A stretch of DNA of 37,017 bases from Basidiobolus ranarum (taxonomy: Eukaryota), in NCBI GenBank assembly GCA_040143965.1, contig JASJQH010000055.1, positions 1 to 37,017 on the forward strand, in the 5' to 3' direction. The notes beneath the pieces were generated by a model. That model searched no databases, had not been told where the DNA came from, and was given only the letters and a program-made list of their open reading frames with translations. The position numbers and the translations under genes are program-made. How positions within the stretch are numbered: position 1 is the stretch's first letter; every line of letters starts with the position of its first letter. This document shows positions 1 through 10,006 of this stretch, one piece after another.

Positions 1-134
1 AAGATACCACGATGATGATCAGGAGCGATACCTTCCTTATCTTGAATCTTATGCTTGACGTTGTCAATGGTGGCAGAAGACTCCACCTCAAGGGTGATGG
101 TCTTTCCGGTAAGGGGCTTAACGAAAATTTGCAT
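1..134 (-). CDS. Ubiquitin (5' part; polyubiquitin or ubiquitin-fusion gene running off the window start)
   Basis: Manual translation from the ATG at 134: [44 protein letters not shown], clearly ubiquitin but with several substitutions. A branch-point/acceptor-like stretch (ctgat...tag) ends 2 nt before the ATG, suggesting a 5'UTR intron. Not in the ORF track. Confidence 0.9.
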   Translation of the reverse strand, partial: MQIFVKPLTGKTITLEVESSATIDNVKHKIQDKEGIAPDHHRGI

Positions 135-653
135 GGCTATATTACATGATAAGGAAAGGTAAATCAGTACAAAGTCGAAGAATTCATATATATATCGATC
201 CTTAAAGATGGATGGATGTTGTGTCTTTGGATATACAATTCTATCCGAGTGTATTAATATGAGGCTAACCTGCTTTGAGACCTTGCGGATACCGAAGTGA
301 AAGACTGTATCAATCAAGAAGCCAAATCATTTTAAAGAGGGTGAGAATGTACTAAAATCATTCCCCATATGTAATTGGTCAACATTTATCCCCAGAGCCA
401 ATAAGATCCACGATTTTTCAAAGATCGAAAAATTCCACTCTCTTGCCTAATATTAAGAATTACGCTGGATGGCTCTTTACAATTGTTGAAAGCTTAAATA
501 AAACTTAATCAACTTGTTAGAGGTTAGCTGCTTACTAGTAAGTATTTTATTATTTAATTGCAACTCTCTTTTAGGAAATAATAACTGATGGTAATGGTAT
601 GGATTTGAAGGGTTGTAAGTTAACACCAGGAAAAGCCTTGGTTCTCAGCCACT

Positions 654-2851
654 CTATACAACACTGTATTCATCTGTAACCAAAAGAACCTCTTTAGAAT
701 ACAAAGGCTCTTCACCGGTTTCCTGTAACTCAATTTTGGCAACCTAAAAGTGGGCAATTTTGCCATTAGATATGCGAAGTAATACAAAGAGAATGCTATA
801 TGGCTTTACCTCAATGCCGCAATAAGTCTGTTCAGAAGCGAATGCAACACTAACAGGGAAGAAGGCGTTGGTATCATCCGATGCAACAGAGAACTCAAGA
901 CTTCCACTTTTGCTGTCTTGATCAATAATAGGGATTTCCCAGTCGAGACATCTTGCCGCTCTATCGAAGTTATAATGACCATCGACATCACCGACGGTAG
1001 GGTTGCAACCACCACTACAGACAACCAAAAGGTTAGTAAATAAGATTCGGATATGTATTAAGATAATCGTGCTTACGGAATAGGAATAGAAATGACCACG
1101 TCTTTAAGTTCGAGTTCGTCTGAGAGAAGTTCGTATTCAATGTTAACATCACACGAACCGTCACCACTTGGGGAAGGCCAGCAATTAACTATAGTGGTTG
1201 TGTTATTAGATATACTGATTAGGATCACACTAGACCAAATGAAAATACTTACTGGAGAGAGGAATGGCATCTTCATCCTTTCTAACATATCTCCATCTGA
1301 CGACACCAAGAGAGGTGTTCAAAGGGAATGGACGTGTTGGATCTTTGAGAGCCACAACATTCTCGCTGTTGAAAAGTCTCTTATCAACATTTGGATGTGT
1401 CTGCAAAGGAATCAATGTGAGCAGTTGTCTTTGATTCAAATCGTGTCAAGTTGATCCTGGGTTTACCTTGAATTGAATTCCGTCCATAGTTAAGGGCTTC
1501 AAAGTAAGCTTAAGATAAGCCAGATCAGGGTCGCTCACCCTAAGAACTAAATCACCCTTGACTTCCATATTCTGAAGACCTCCGTCACGATCGGCAACTA
1601 CAGTAATCCTTTCTTCAATTTGAAGATGAATGCTATTTAGAAGCAATATTAATAAGATAAACAATATGGACGAAATTACTACACAAGAGGGTGTACTTAC
1701 GACTCGGTAGGAACCTGGGGGCTGTTAATTGATTCCACAGGAGTGGATACACTCAAATTTTCTGTCATAGTCTCAAGTGCACTAACACCAGTTTCACTCT
1801 TAACCACTTCCATGAAATCGTGTGATTTTTGGCTACGGCCAAGTTTCATACCTCTACCAGAAGGAACAGAGGCAGGAGCGGGGCTACTATTTTTACGATT
1901 AGCATAGTTATTTAAGATACGAATTTTCACTACCAGTTTTACCTGTATGAGTTTTGTGTTTCCACTTCAGCTTGGGAAGCATATGTGGTTGGCTCATTCA
2001 TACCGGGTTTATAAGAACTACCCATATTGCCGGAGCCCCCGAAGTTTCCACTGTAAGAACGTCCACTCTTGGCCATTTCCTTACGCTGCATTTCGAGTTG
2101 TTTAGCTTTACGCTTAAGTTCTTCTTTGGCTTCTCTTTCTTTATTCTGTTATTGGGAGAGAAAATAATACTGTTAGGATACTATATTAGAAAAAAAGATA
2201 TTTGACTCTAACCTTAGCAATCATTTCCTGAATCTTCTCTTCATGACTTTCCATCTCAATGATGGTTCTGATTTGGGCCAAGTTAACATTTTCTCTATAG
2301 CCTAAACTAACAATCTCATCAAAAGCACTAAGAAGTTCAAAAGAATGTAGCAAGATTTCGCCTTCATCAGTTGGATGACAAGTATCAGAGACTACACGCG
2401 CGAATAAATGAAGAGTATCGATATCTTGTAAGATGTTGGATTGTCTGTTTGTTATGATAACCATATACAGATCCTCCAGAGGCTGGTAAACATAACGGAT
2501 GTTGTCTGTCTCAATAGTGGTATGTTGTTGTCCGGTACCGGTTAACTTGGGGAAAGAAGCAAGAAGACCTTCAATTCTACTGCGGGGCATTTCAAGAAAT
2601 TGTCTTGAAATGACCACTATGTAAGAAGAAGAAAAGGGAATATAAGTAAGACTTTTGGTCTTTAGGAAGTAATAGCTAATGAAAAGGAAGAAATACCTTT
2701 TCCTGCCTTTGTACAAATTGAAGCAGCTAAAACGACCTTTATATATATTCAAATGATGTGACATGAGTATTTTAATAAAATAAAGTATTAACACCAACTA
2801 TATTGATATGGATTTATACTACTCCACTTTCTTTATAGATTATCTTACCAT
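654..2851 (-). CDS. RET2: Coatomer subunit delta (delta-COP), ~10 exons
   Basis: ATG|gtaaga at 2851-2849, then VVLAASICTKAGK|VVISRQFLEMPRSRIEGLLASFPKL...NILQDIDTLHLF...EMESHEEKIQEMI (longin domain). The mu-homology domain follows (DRDGGLQNMEVKGDL, THPNVDK, NCWPSPSGDG, SGSLEF, FFPVSVAF). Last exon VAKIELQETGEEPLYSKEVLLVTDEYSVV*, with TAG at 656-654. Confidence 0.95.
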
Positions 2852-3375
2852 GGTGAAAAAACTTGAGAAACAGTGAACCAAACAGTTGTCGTTAGACGAT
2901 TCTTGTGTGAAATCATGCTGATACTAATAAATTTACTATTGTGAAATGAGAGGTAAAATTGGATTTAATTGGTTGATTTATCACTTATCCGAGACGTCAT
3001 CTTGGTGAGGTTAATTCTTGTTTAAAGACAAAGGTTTAACAAAGAATGGTTTGCCAAAGAGTATTTGGATTAAACCATATATAGCATCATACTTTACTCA
3101 ATGTAATCTAGCAATATTCGATGTTGTCTGGGTGAACTGTTAAGTTTAAGCAAGTTAAAATTTGTCATCAAGTTGTTGCCAACGTGACAAATGATAAAGC
3201 AGGGGTGATCGAATCCAGGGTATTCGGAGTTTCAAATGGCCAATATATAGCATCATTGATTGATGGTTGAACCTTCCTTCGTCACATATCGTCGTTTATC
3301 GTCAGGTAAGCTTCAACCATCTATATTTGTTGGATAATGGATTGATGACTCACGATCTGCATAATTGTTGTAGAC

Positions 3376-3520
3376 ATGAGAGATAAGTGGAAGAAGAAGA
3401 GACAGAGACGTCTCAAGCGCAAAAGAAGAAAGATGAGAGCTAGATCCAAAGTAAGATTCTATTTGTGAGATTTACATCCATCCGTTTTATGTATTAACTT
3501 GATTTTCCCTATTCTAGTAA
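3376..3520 (+). CDS. RPL41: Ribosomal protein eL41 (25 aa)
   Basis: 3376-3450 encodes MRDKWKKKRQRRLKRKRRKMRARSK. Intron gtaaga...tag at 3451-3517, stop TAA at 3518-3520. Putative 5'UTR intron at 3306-3373 (gtaagc...tag). Not in the ORF track. Confidence 0.95.
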
Positions 3521-4622
3521 ATGCTCTCGGCATGAACACCTCCGGCCGTGAATTTTATTCACAACGCTGCACCCATAATCCGTTGTTATCAAATTTTATA
3601 TCTATTGAAATAAATATTGATATACTTCAATACTAAAAAGTACGCATCCATAATAACTTTTATATAATTAGCTTACGATACTTGCACTAAACAATGGGAT
3701 GAAATGACTAAACGGACAGTACCGAAGTCTCATTCTATTATAACACCTTCTGTTTAGCATCTCTTCTAGAAATTTGTGATAACCTCCGGTTTTCTGTGTT
3801 GAGCATGGTCAGTAACAGTGTTATGTTAGTATTTTGCGCCACTGGCCAGATTCGTGACAACAAGAGTTACTTTCAAGGTTCTACTTAGTTAAGGACTGAT
3901 AAATAAGTACGCTGAGGGATCTAGACAGTTGATGTTTACAGCGACACATGTTGGTTAGTGGAGTAAATGGACACGAACTGGCAAGTATAGTATTGGTGGG
4001 TAAGTTCGGTTGAGTTGCTTGTTACACCCTTTTGTTGTTTAGTTCACATGATTGAACTTATTTTACAGCTTTCAAACTTAAACCTAGTATATTTTCTCCA
4101 GCTATAACAGATAAGAGATCATTCTTGACTCCGGAAAAACTCCCACGAGAAATGTCTGCTCATCAATTTCATGCGAAAATAGAGTCATCCTTGAGACATA
4201 ATTGGAGGATTCCTATAAATTCCGAACTCAGTGTGACTTTCCTACTGGCAACAGTTAGTGCCGGCTAAATTCTATATTGTAGAAGAAAGGGGACTTTGCA
4301 GCTTAGGCAGACTTTATTATCTGGTTTGCATTGCTATATTATCTGGTTTGCATTACTCTCCACAAAATATATCCATAATATACCCACAGTACACCTACAT
4401 TACACCGTCAATTGATCTACTCTCAAAAAATACCGTGGGGCTCCTGAATTTCAAAACTCTGCCTAAAATACCTCGCATTCATATATATTCATTTGGCCAA
4501 TGAGAGTTGATCACAGTGCCCCCAACGAGGTTGACAGCTTGAGTATATGAGTGCGATCCCTAGTTTACACTGTAGTGCTTATAATAGTAAAACTTGGCTG
4601 TTGTTACTCTATTCTTTACACC

Positions 4623-5614
4623 ATGTCCTTTATTGCTTCTCGTGCCTTCGCTCTCTCTGCTTTTAACCCAGTATTGAAGCGCTCTACTATTTGGGTATTT
4701 TTAGGTTGTTCCCTCTTTTGTATTGTACTAGTATCTAATAACTACACAGGTCTCAAACGTTGGTCTCAGAACTTTCAAGACTTCTTCTGTCCCTCAAGCT
4801 GACGTTACCACCGATGAAAGTGCACCCGTGGGTAAGGCTCCTCTAAACAAGACCTTCTCTATCTATCGTTGGGTAAGTCACTCTCATTTCATGGAATTCA
4901 CTGGTTATCCAATACTTATTGTCTTTATTGCAGAATCCTGATGTTCCTACTGAAAAGCCCAAGCTACAGGAGTATACAATCGATATTAATAGTTGTGGCC
5001 CCATGGTGTTAGACGCCTTGCTCAAGATAAAGAACGAGGTTGATCCTACTTTAACTTTTCGCCGTTCTTGCCGTGAAGGTATTTGCGGCTCCTGCGCCAT
5101 GAATATCGATGGCTCCAATACATTGGCATGTATCGCTAAAATCGGACGTGACAACAAGTCAGACGTCAAGATTTACCCTCTACCCCATATGTACGTTGTG
5201 AAGGACCTCGTTCCAGACATGAACAACTTCTACAAGCAATACAAGAGTATTCAACCTTACCTTAAGCAGAAGAACGCTCACAAGGAAGGGGATATTGAAA
5301 ACCTACAAAGTATTGAAGATCGTAAGAAGTTGGATGGTCTTTATGAGTGCATTCTTTGTGCATGCTGCTCTACCTCATGCCCCTCTTACTGGTGGAATCA
5401 AGATGAATACCTTGGTCCAGCAGTCCTCATGCAGGCTTATCGTTGGATGATTGATAGCAGAGATGAATTTGGCTCCGAGCGACGTGAGCAACTTCAAAAC
5501 CCATTCAGTTTGTATCGTTGTCACACCATCATGAACTGCGCCAGAACTTGTCCTAAGGGACTCAACCCTGGTAAAGCCATTGCAGAGATTAAGAAAATGA
5601 TGGCAGCCGAGTAA
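4623..5614 (+). CDS. SDH2: Succinate dehydrogenase iron-sulfur subunit, mitochondrial (3 exons)
   Basis: Presequence-like N-terminus [21 protein letters not shown], then [11 protein letters not shown]. Fe-S motifs [24 protein letters not shown] and [12 protein letters not shown]. Confidence 0.97.
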
Positions 5615-5629
5615 ATTATTGATTAATTA

Positions 5630-5681
5630 CTATTCCAAAAGTGATCAATATTCTATTCCAAAAGTGATCAATATTCTATTC
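5630..5681. repeat. Perfect 23-bp tandem duplication in the SDH2 3'UTR
   Basis: ctattccaaaagtgatcaatatt x2 followed by ctattc. Confidence 0.9.
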
Positions 5682-5843
5682 ACTTCAGTTTGGTTCAAGT
5701 TAAAAGAACTCGCATGTATAATCTTTCCAAAAACAATTAATTTCCTTGTACTTAAAATCCATTATGTGAATAAATGCTATATTTTCATCTTGGTAAATGT
5801 GTTACTGAATTGTAACTTTTCTCTGAAGTCATTTTATTTCATC

Positions 5844-6445
5844 TTAGGCGATATATTGAGAGTTGTAATATACATTCTCCATCTCCCATATTGCTGAATC
5901 TAAATTGTTGCGGAGTTTCACTACCGAATCTTTGATGACTTCTTTTTGAGTGCTAACTACATGAATACGTGAAGTGGTGAAGTGATTGAGAGTGTTTGTG
6001 TCGTTTAAAAGTAAAGATTGTTTAAGCTCGGTTACTAAGCCCAATAAAGATTCTACGGAGCGAACCTAGATAGATAGAGGAATAGATTGTGTTACTGATT
6101 ATTCAATGGTGTATTTTTGAATTTCCATCAGCTTCACTTTGATAAATAGAAAATATACTTTACAATATTAGCAGCACGACATTCAACTTGATAATTCTCT
6201 TGTGCAATTCGGAATTTATCTTTATCTTCAATCTACATTATCAACTTGGTAAGTTCAATGAAAAAAAATACTTTCCCAGAATATATCAATGGTTGAGAAT
6301 CCGTTACTTTAGCAACACGTATTATGTCTCCAAATGAGTCTACTAATTGATCTAGTTCATTGTCCAGTCGTTTGTTATAGGCTTCTTCTATTTGCGTTAA
6401 AGCAGATACTTTACTTCCGGATTTATTAGCAGGGGCGGTTGCCAT
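5844..6445 (-). CDS. MED22: Mediator subunit 22 (Srb6/Surf5 family), 3 exons
   Basis: Spliced: MATAPANKS...YNKRLDNELDQLVDSFGDIIRVAK|IEDKDKFRIAQENYQVECRAANI|VRSVESLLGLVTELKQSLLLND..., which fits the Med22 family pattern (AANIVRAxESLLxLxxELK). Confidence 0.85.
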
Positions 6446-6830
6446 ACTTTGTTCGTACAATCAAGAAAACCAAAAGTAAAGATATTCAATGGACTAAGAG
6501 TCAAAAGACTATATCCTAAAATTGATGATATCAATTAAAAACATCATTTGTACTAGTGATTCTGCCTTTGAATGAACCAAAATTTCGATTATATTCTACC
6601 GATTTGAAATAAGAATAATTGATAGTAAATAAATTAAGTTTAACCATCTCTAAAGAGCAGTGTTTTATTTTTGTGAGTATGCAAAAAGTTGGAAGATGAA
6701 TAAAGAGCTTATGTATGGTACACTAATGGTTGGAAATAATAAAGCATTTCTCTAGATCGGATTAATCTAAATGAAGAGTTCATGAGAAATTGAGGTAATG
6801 TAGTGATGGATCAGAATAGACTAAATTAAT

Positions 6831-8819
6831 TTAGTTCTTCTTCTCCTCGTTGTCAACAACAGTTTCACCAGGGGTTGCGTTGCTAGCATCTTGAGCGGCA
6901 CGGTTCTTGTAAACGGCTTCGAACAACTTGAGGGAAGCTTGTTGAAGTTCATTGGTACCCTTACGAAGATCTTCAGGATCAGCATCTTCACCTTGAGCAA
7001 CAGATTCACGCAACTTGTTGATCTGTTCCTTCATCTTCTTGGCTTCTTCTTGGTCAATTTGGTCCTTGAAGTCGTTCATGTGCTTCTCAGTTTCGTTGAT
7101 GGCAGATTCAGCGTTGTTGGTAGCCTCGATAGCGGCCTTACGCTTAGCATCACTCTCAGCGAATTGCTCGGCGTTCTTAACCATGTTCTCGATCTCGTCC
7201 TTGCTCAAACCGGAAGAAGCAACGATAGACATGGATTGATCACGTCCAGTGGCCTTGTCCTTGGCACCAACATTAACGATACCATCAGCATCAATATCGA
7301 AGGAAACCTCAATTTGAGGAACTCCACGAGGAGCAGGAGCAATACCAGTGAGGTTGAAATCACCAAGAAGCTTGTTATCGCGGCAGAGCTCACGTTCACC
7401 TTGGAAGACCTTAACTTGGACTTGGGTTTGACCATCGGCAGCAGTGGAGAATACTTGAGACTTCTTGGTAGGGATGGTAGTGTTACGGTTGATAAGACGA
7501 GTGAAGACACCACCCAAAGTTTCAATACCAAGGGAAAGTGGGGTAACATCCAAAAGAAGGATATCAGTAACTGAACCAGAAAGAACACCACCTTGAATGG
7601 CGGCACCGATGGCAACAGCCTCATCAGGGTTGACACTCTTTCCGGGTTCCTTACCGAACAATTCCTTGACAGTCTCGATGGCCTTGGGCATACGAGACAT
7701 ACCGCCAACAAGAACGACTTCGTTAATATCAGCAGAAGCAACACCAGCATCCTTCATGGCCTTTCTGCAAGGTTCGAAGGTACGTTCAAGAAGAGACTTG
7801 GTCATAGATTCAAACTTGGAACGAGTAAGCTTCATGTTGATATGCTTGGGGCCAGTGGCATCAGCGGTGATATAAGGAAGGTTAATATCAGTTTGGATGG
7901 TGGAGGAAAGTTCGATCTTGGCCTTTTCACAAGCTTCACGAATACGTTGGATAGCCATTCTGTCGTTAGTGAGATCAATACCTTCGGTAGTCTTGAAATC
8001 GTTGACAATTTGGTTTACAAGGTGAATATCGAAATCTTCACCACCCAAGTGAGTATCACCATTGGTGGACTTGACTTCGAAGACACCGTTTTGGATCTCT
8101 AAGATAGAGATATCGAAAGTACCACCACCGAGATCGTAAATGGCAACAACCTTGTCTCCAACCTTGTCCAAGCCGTAGGCAAGGGCAGCAGCAGTAGGTT
8201 CGTTGATGACACGAAGAACATCGAGACCAGCAATTTTACCAGCATCCTTGGTGGCTTGACGCTGAGCATCGTTGAAGTAGGCTGGGACAGTGATAACAGC
8301 CTGGGAAATCTTCTTGCTAAGGAAGGACTCAGCAGTATCCTTCATTTTACCCAAGACAAAGGCACCAATTTGACTGGGGGAATATTTGGTTCCTCTGGCC
8401 TCGACCCAAGCATCACCGTTAGAGTGCTTGATGATCTTGTAGGGAACAGCCTTGATGTCATTTTGAACTTCAGCATCGGTGAAGTTACGACCAATCAAAC
8501 GCTTAGTGGCGAAAAGAGTGTTTTCGGGATTGACAACAGCTTGACGTTTAGCGGCTTGACCGACGAGGAGCTCACCATCTTTGGTGAAAGCAACAACGGA
8601 TGGTGTAGTTCTAGTACCCTCGGAGTTTTCCAAAATTCTTGGGTTCTTTCCGTCCATGATGGCAACGCAGGAGTTAGTAGTACCCAAATCGATACCAATA
8701 ACGGATCCATTGACGGAACTGTAGTTACGAGCAAGAACTCCGAGAGCAGCGCTCTTTTGACGGAACAACTTGGTAGCGTTCAAGGCAGAAGCTTGGGCGG
8801 CTTTAGAAATACTATACAT
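6831..8819 (-). CDS. SSC1: Mitochondrial Hsp70 (mortalin/Ssc1 type), intronless
   Basis: [45 protein letters not shown] and the mitochondrial-type signature [15 protein letters not shown]. No EEVD or HDEL tail. Likely start is MYSISKAAQ at 8819 (presequence-like), not the ORF-track start at 8894. Confidence 0.96.
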   Translation of the reverse strand: MYSISKAAQASALNATKLFRQKSAALGVLARNYSSVNGSVIGIDLGTTNSCVAIMDGKNPRILENSEGTRTTPSVVAFTKDGELLVGQAAKRQAVVNPENTLFATKRLIGRNFTDAEVQNDIKAVPYKIIKHSNGDAWVEARGTKYSPSQIGAFVLGKMKDTAESFLSKKISQAVITVPAYFNDAQRQATKDAGKIAGLDVLRVINEPTAAALAYGLDKVGDKVVAIYDLGGGTFDISILEIQNGVFEVKSTNGDTHLGGEDFDIHLVNQIVNDFKTTEGIDLTNDRMAIQRIREACEKAKIELSSTIQTDINLPYITADATGPKHINMKLTRSKFESMTKSLLERTFEPCRKAMKDAGVASADINEVVLVGGMSRMPKAIETVKELFGKEPGKSVNPDEAVAIGAAIQGGVLSGSVTDILLLDVTPLSLGIETLGGVFTRLINRNTTIPTKKSQVFSTAADGQTQVQVKVFQGERELCRDNKLLGDFNLTGIAPAPRGVPQIEVSFDIDADGIVNVGAKDKATGRDQSMSIVASSGLSKDEIENMVKNAEQFAESDAKRKAAIEATNNAESAINETEKHMNDFKDQIDQEEAKKMKEQINKLRESVAQGEDADPEDLRKGTNELQQASLKLFEAVYKNRAAQDASNATPGETVVDNEEKKN

Positions 8820-10006
8820 GATGAAAGCTGTTTCGACAAACGAAAACTTTGGGAGAAACAAGAAGCAGTATGGGCTAATCCTATCATTCGGCAATATTTA
8901 TAGTCTGATCCGAGACGTGTAATTTTGTTCGTTCAGATTCCAAAGTTAACAGCACCAATATTTGTCCAAAAGCGAAAAAATTTCTTTTTACCTAAATCGG
9001 CATCCCGACTCGACTTAGATGGGTTTGAAACTTTCAGTAACCAATTTAAACTTAACTCCGTAATTCATATCTTCGTGGCTTAATCTCCATATACCGGTAC
9101 CATCCATAGTTTATCCGAAATCACTACACAGTCGCTAATGATAGCAATTCCCTAGCATGAGAAATGCCTTGGACTTTCACAGAGCCATTGGTATATTTCT
9201 GTTGGATAATATGGAAGCACTGTTAATGTCTTATTAGCGAGGGTATATTACAACGGTATGTTGCTAGTTATTTACCAATCCCACAGGCATTGAATTGACT
9301 AATATGGCTAAATCATATCAGATCCATAACCCAAAGAACATGGGGTAGGGAGGTTACGAAACTTATTTCTCACCTCACCTGAGTTGATTTATAATATACA
9401 GTTCTTCAATATTATGGAAAATCACAACCAATTGTTGCAATATTTATGCTATCCCGTGGGTTTCTCACCAGATTGGGCCGTAGCTGGTGTATGATTGGTA
9501 TATGATCCGCCATACCCCTGCACACCCATATTTGGATAGTGTTGAACTACAGAGAATACGTCAGAGCTGCGGAATCAAAGGCAAGTACAGGTAAAGCAAT
9601 TACGAGTTACACCTAACTGGCCACGTATCCAATTAATCTCGAACTTTCCCCAAATTTCGGTCACAACCCAATATGATTTTGTGGTTGAAATGACTCACAA
9701 CCAGATCAAAGTGCACAACCAGGCGGAATCTTTCGGAAGAGTAGCAAATAAGAGCATTTTAAATTAGATAATATAATCGATTGATTGGGGAGCTTAGCTT
9801 GAATTCTATGATGTCAACATGTGAGCGTGAGATTTAGGTGAAGCGTGAAGATGTGCCTTATTAGGAAAGCAAGCCATGCATTCGAACGGGATTCTCCTCT
9901 TTGCCTGAAACTCCCAATTTTAAGGTAATTTACGTTATTATAGATGAGATTTATTTAACATATACATATCAATAACAAATTTGTCAGATGTTTCATACTA
10001 ATGGTT

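Noticed and set aside
4258..4503. Short intergenic or antisense ORFs in the track (e.g. 4258-4503, 5619-5897, 14192-14377, 16489-16683, 21607-21816, 27010-27210)
   Set aside because: Mostly non-ATG starts, UTR-like composition and no recognisable motifs.
8820..8894. 25-aa N-terminal extension of SSC1 in the ORF track
   Set aside because: It begins at a non-ATG codon and looks like pyrimidine-rich 5'UTR. The ATG at 8819 gives a typical mitochondrial presequence.
6891..8903. Long + strand ORFs (227, 169 and 215 aa) antisense to Hsp70
   Set aside because: Antisense open frames opposite codon-biased Hsp70 genes are a well-known by-product. They are broken by stops here and have no independent coding signal.
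9787..9915. Possible box C/D snoRNA or U3-like RNA (ATGATG, GAGCGTGA, CTGA, gggag/ctccc ends)
   Set aside because: Box C is imperfect (ATGATGT), the box order does not fit U3, and I recognised no rRNA-complementary guide.
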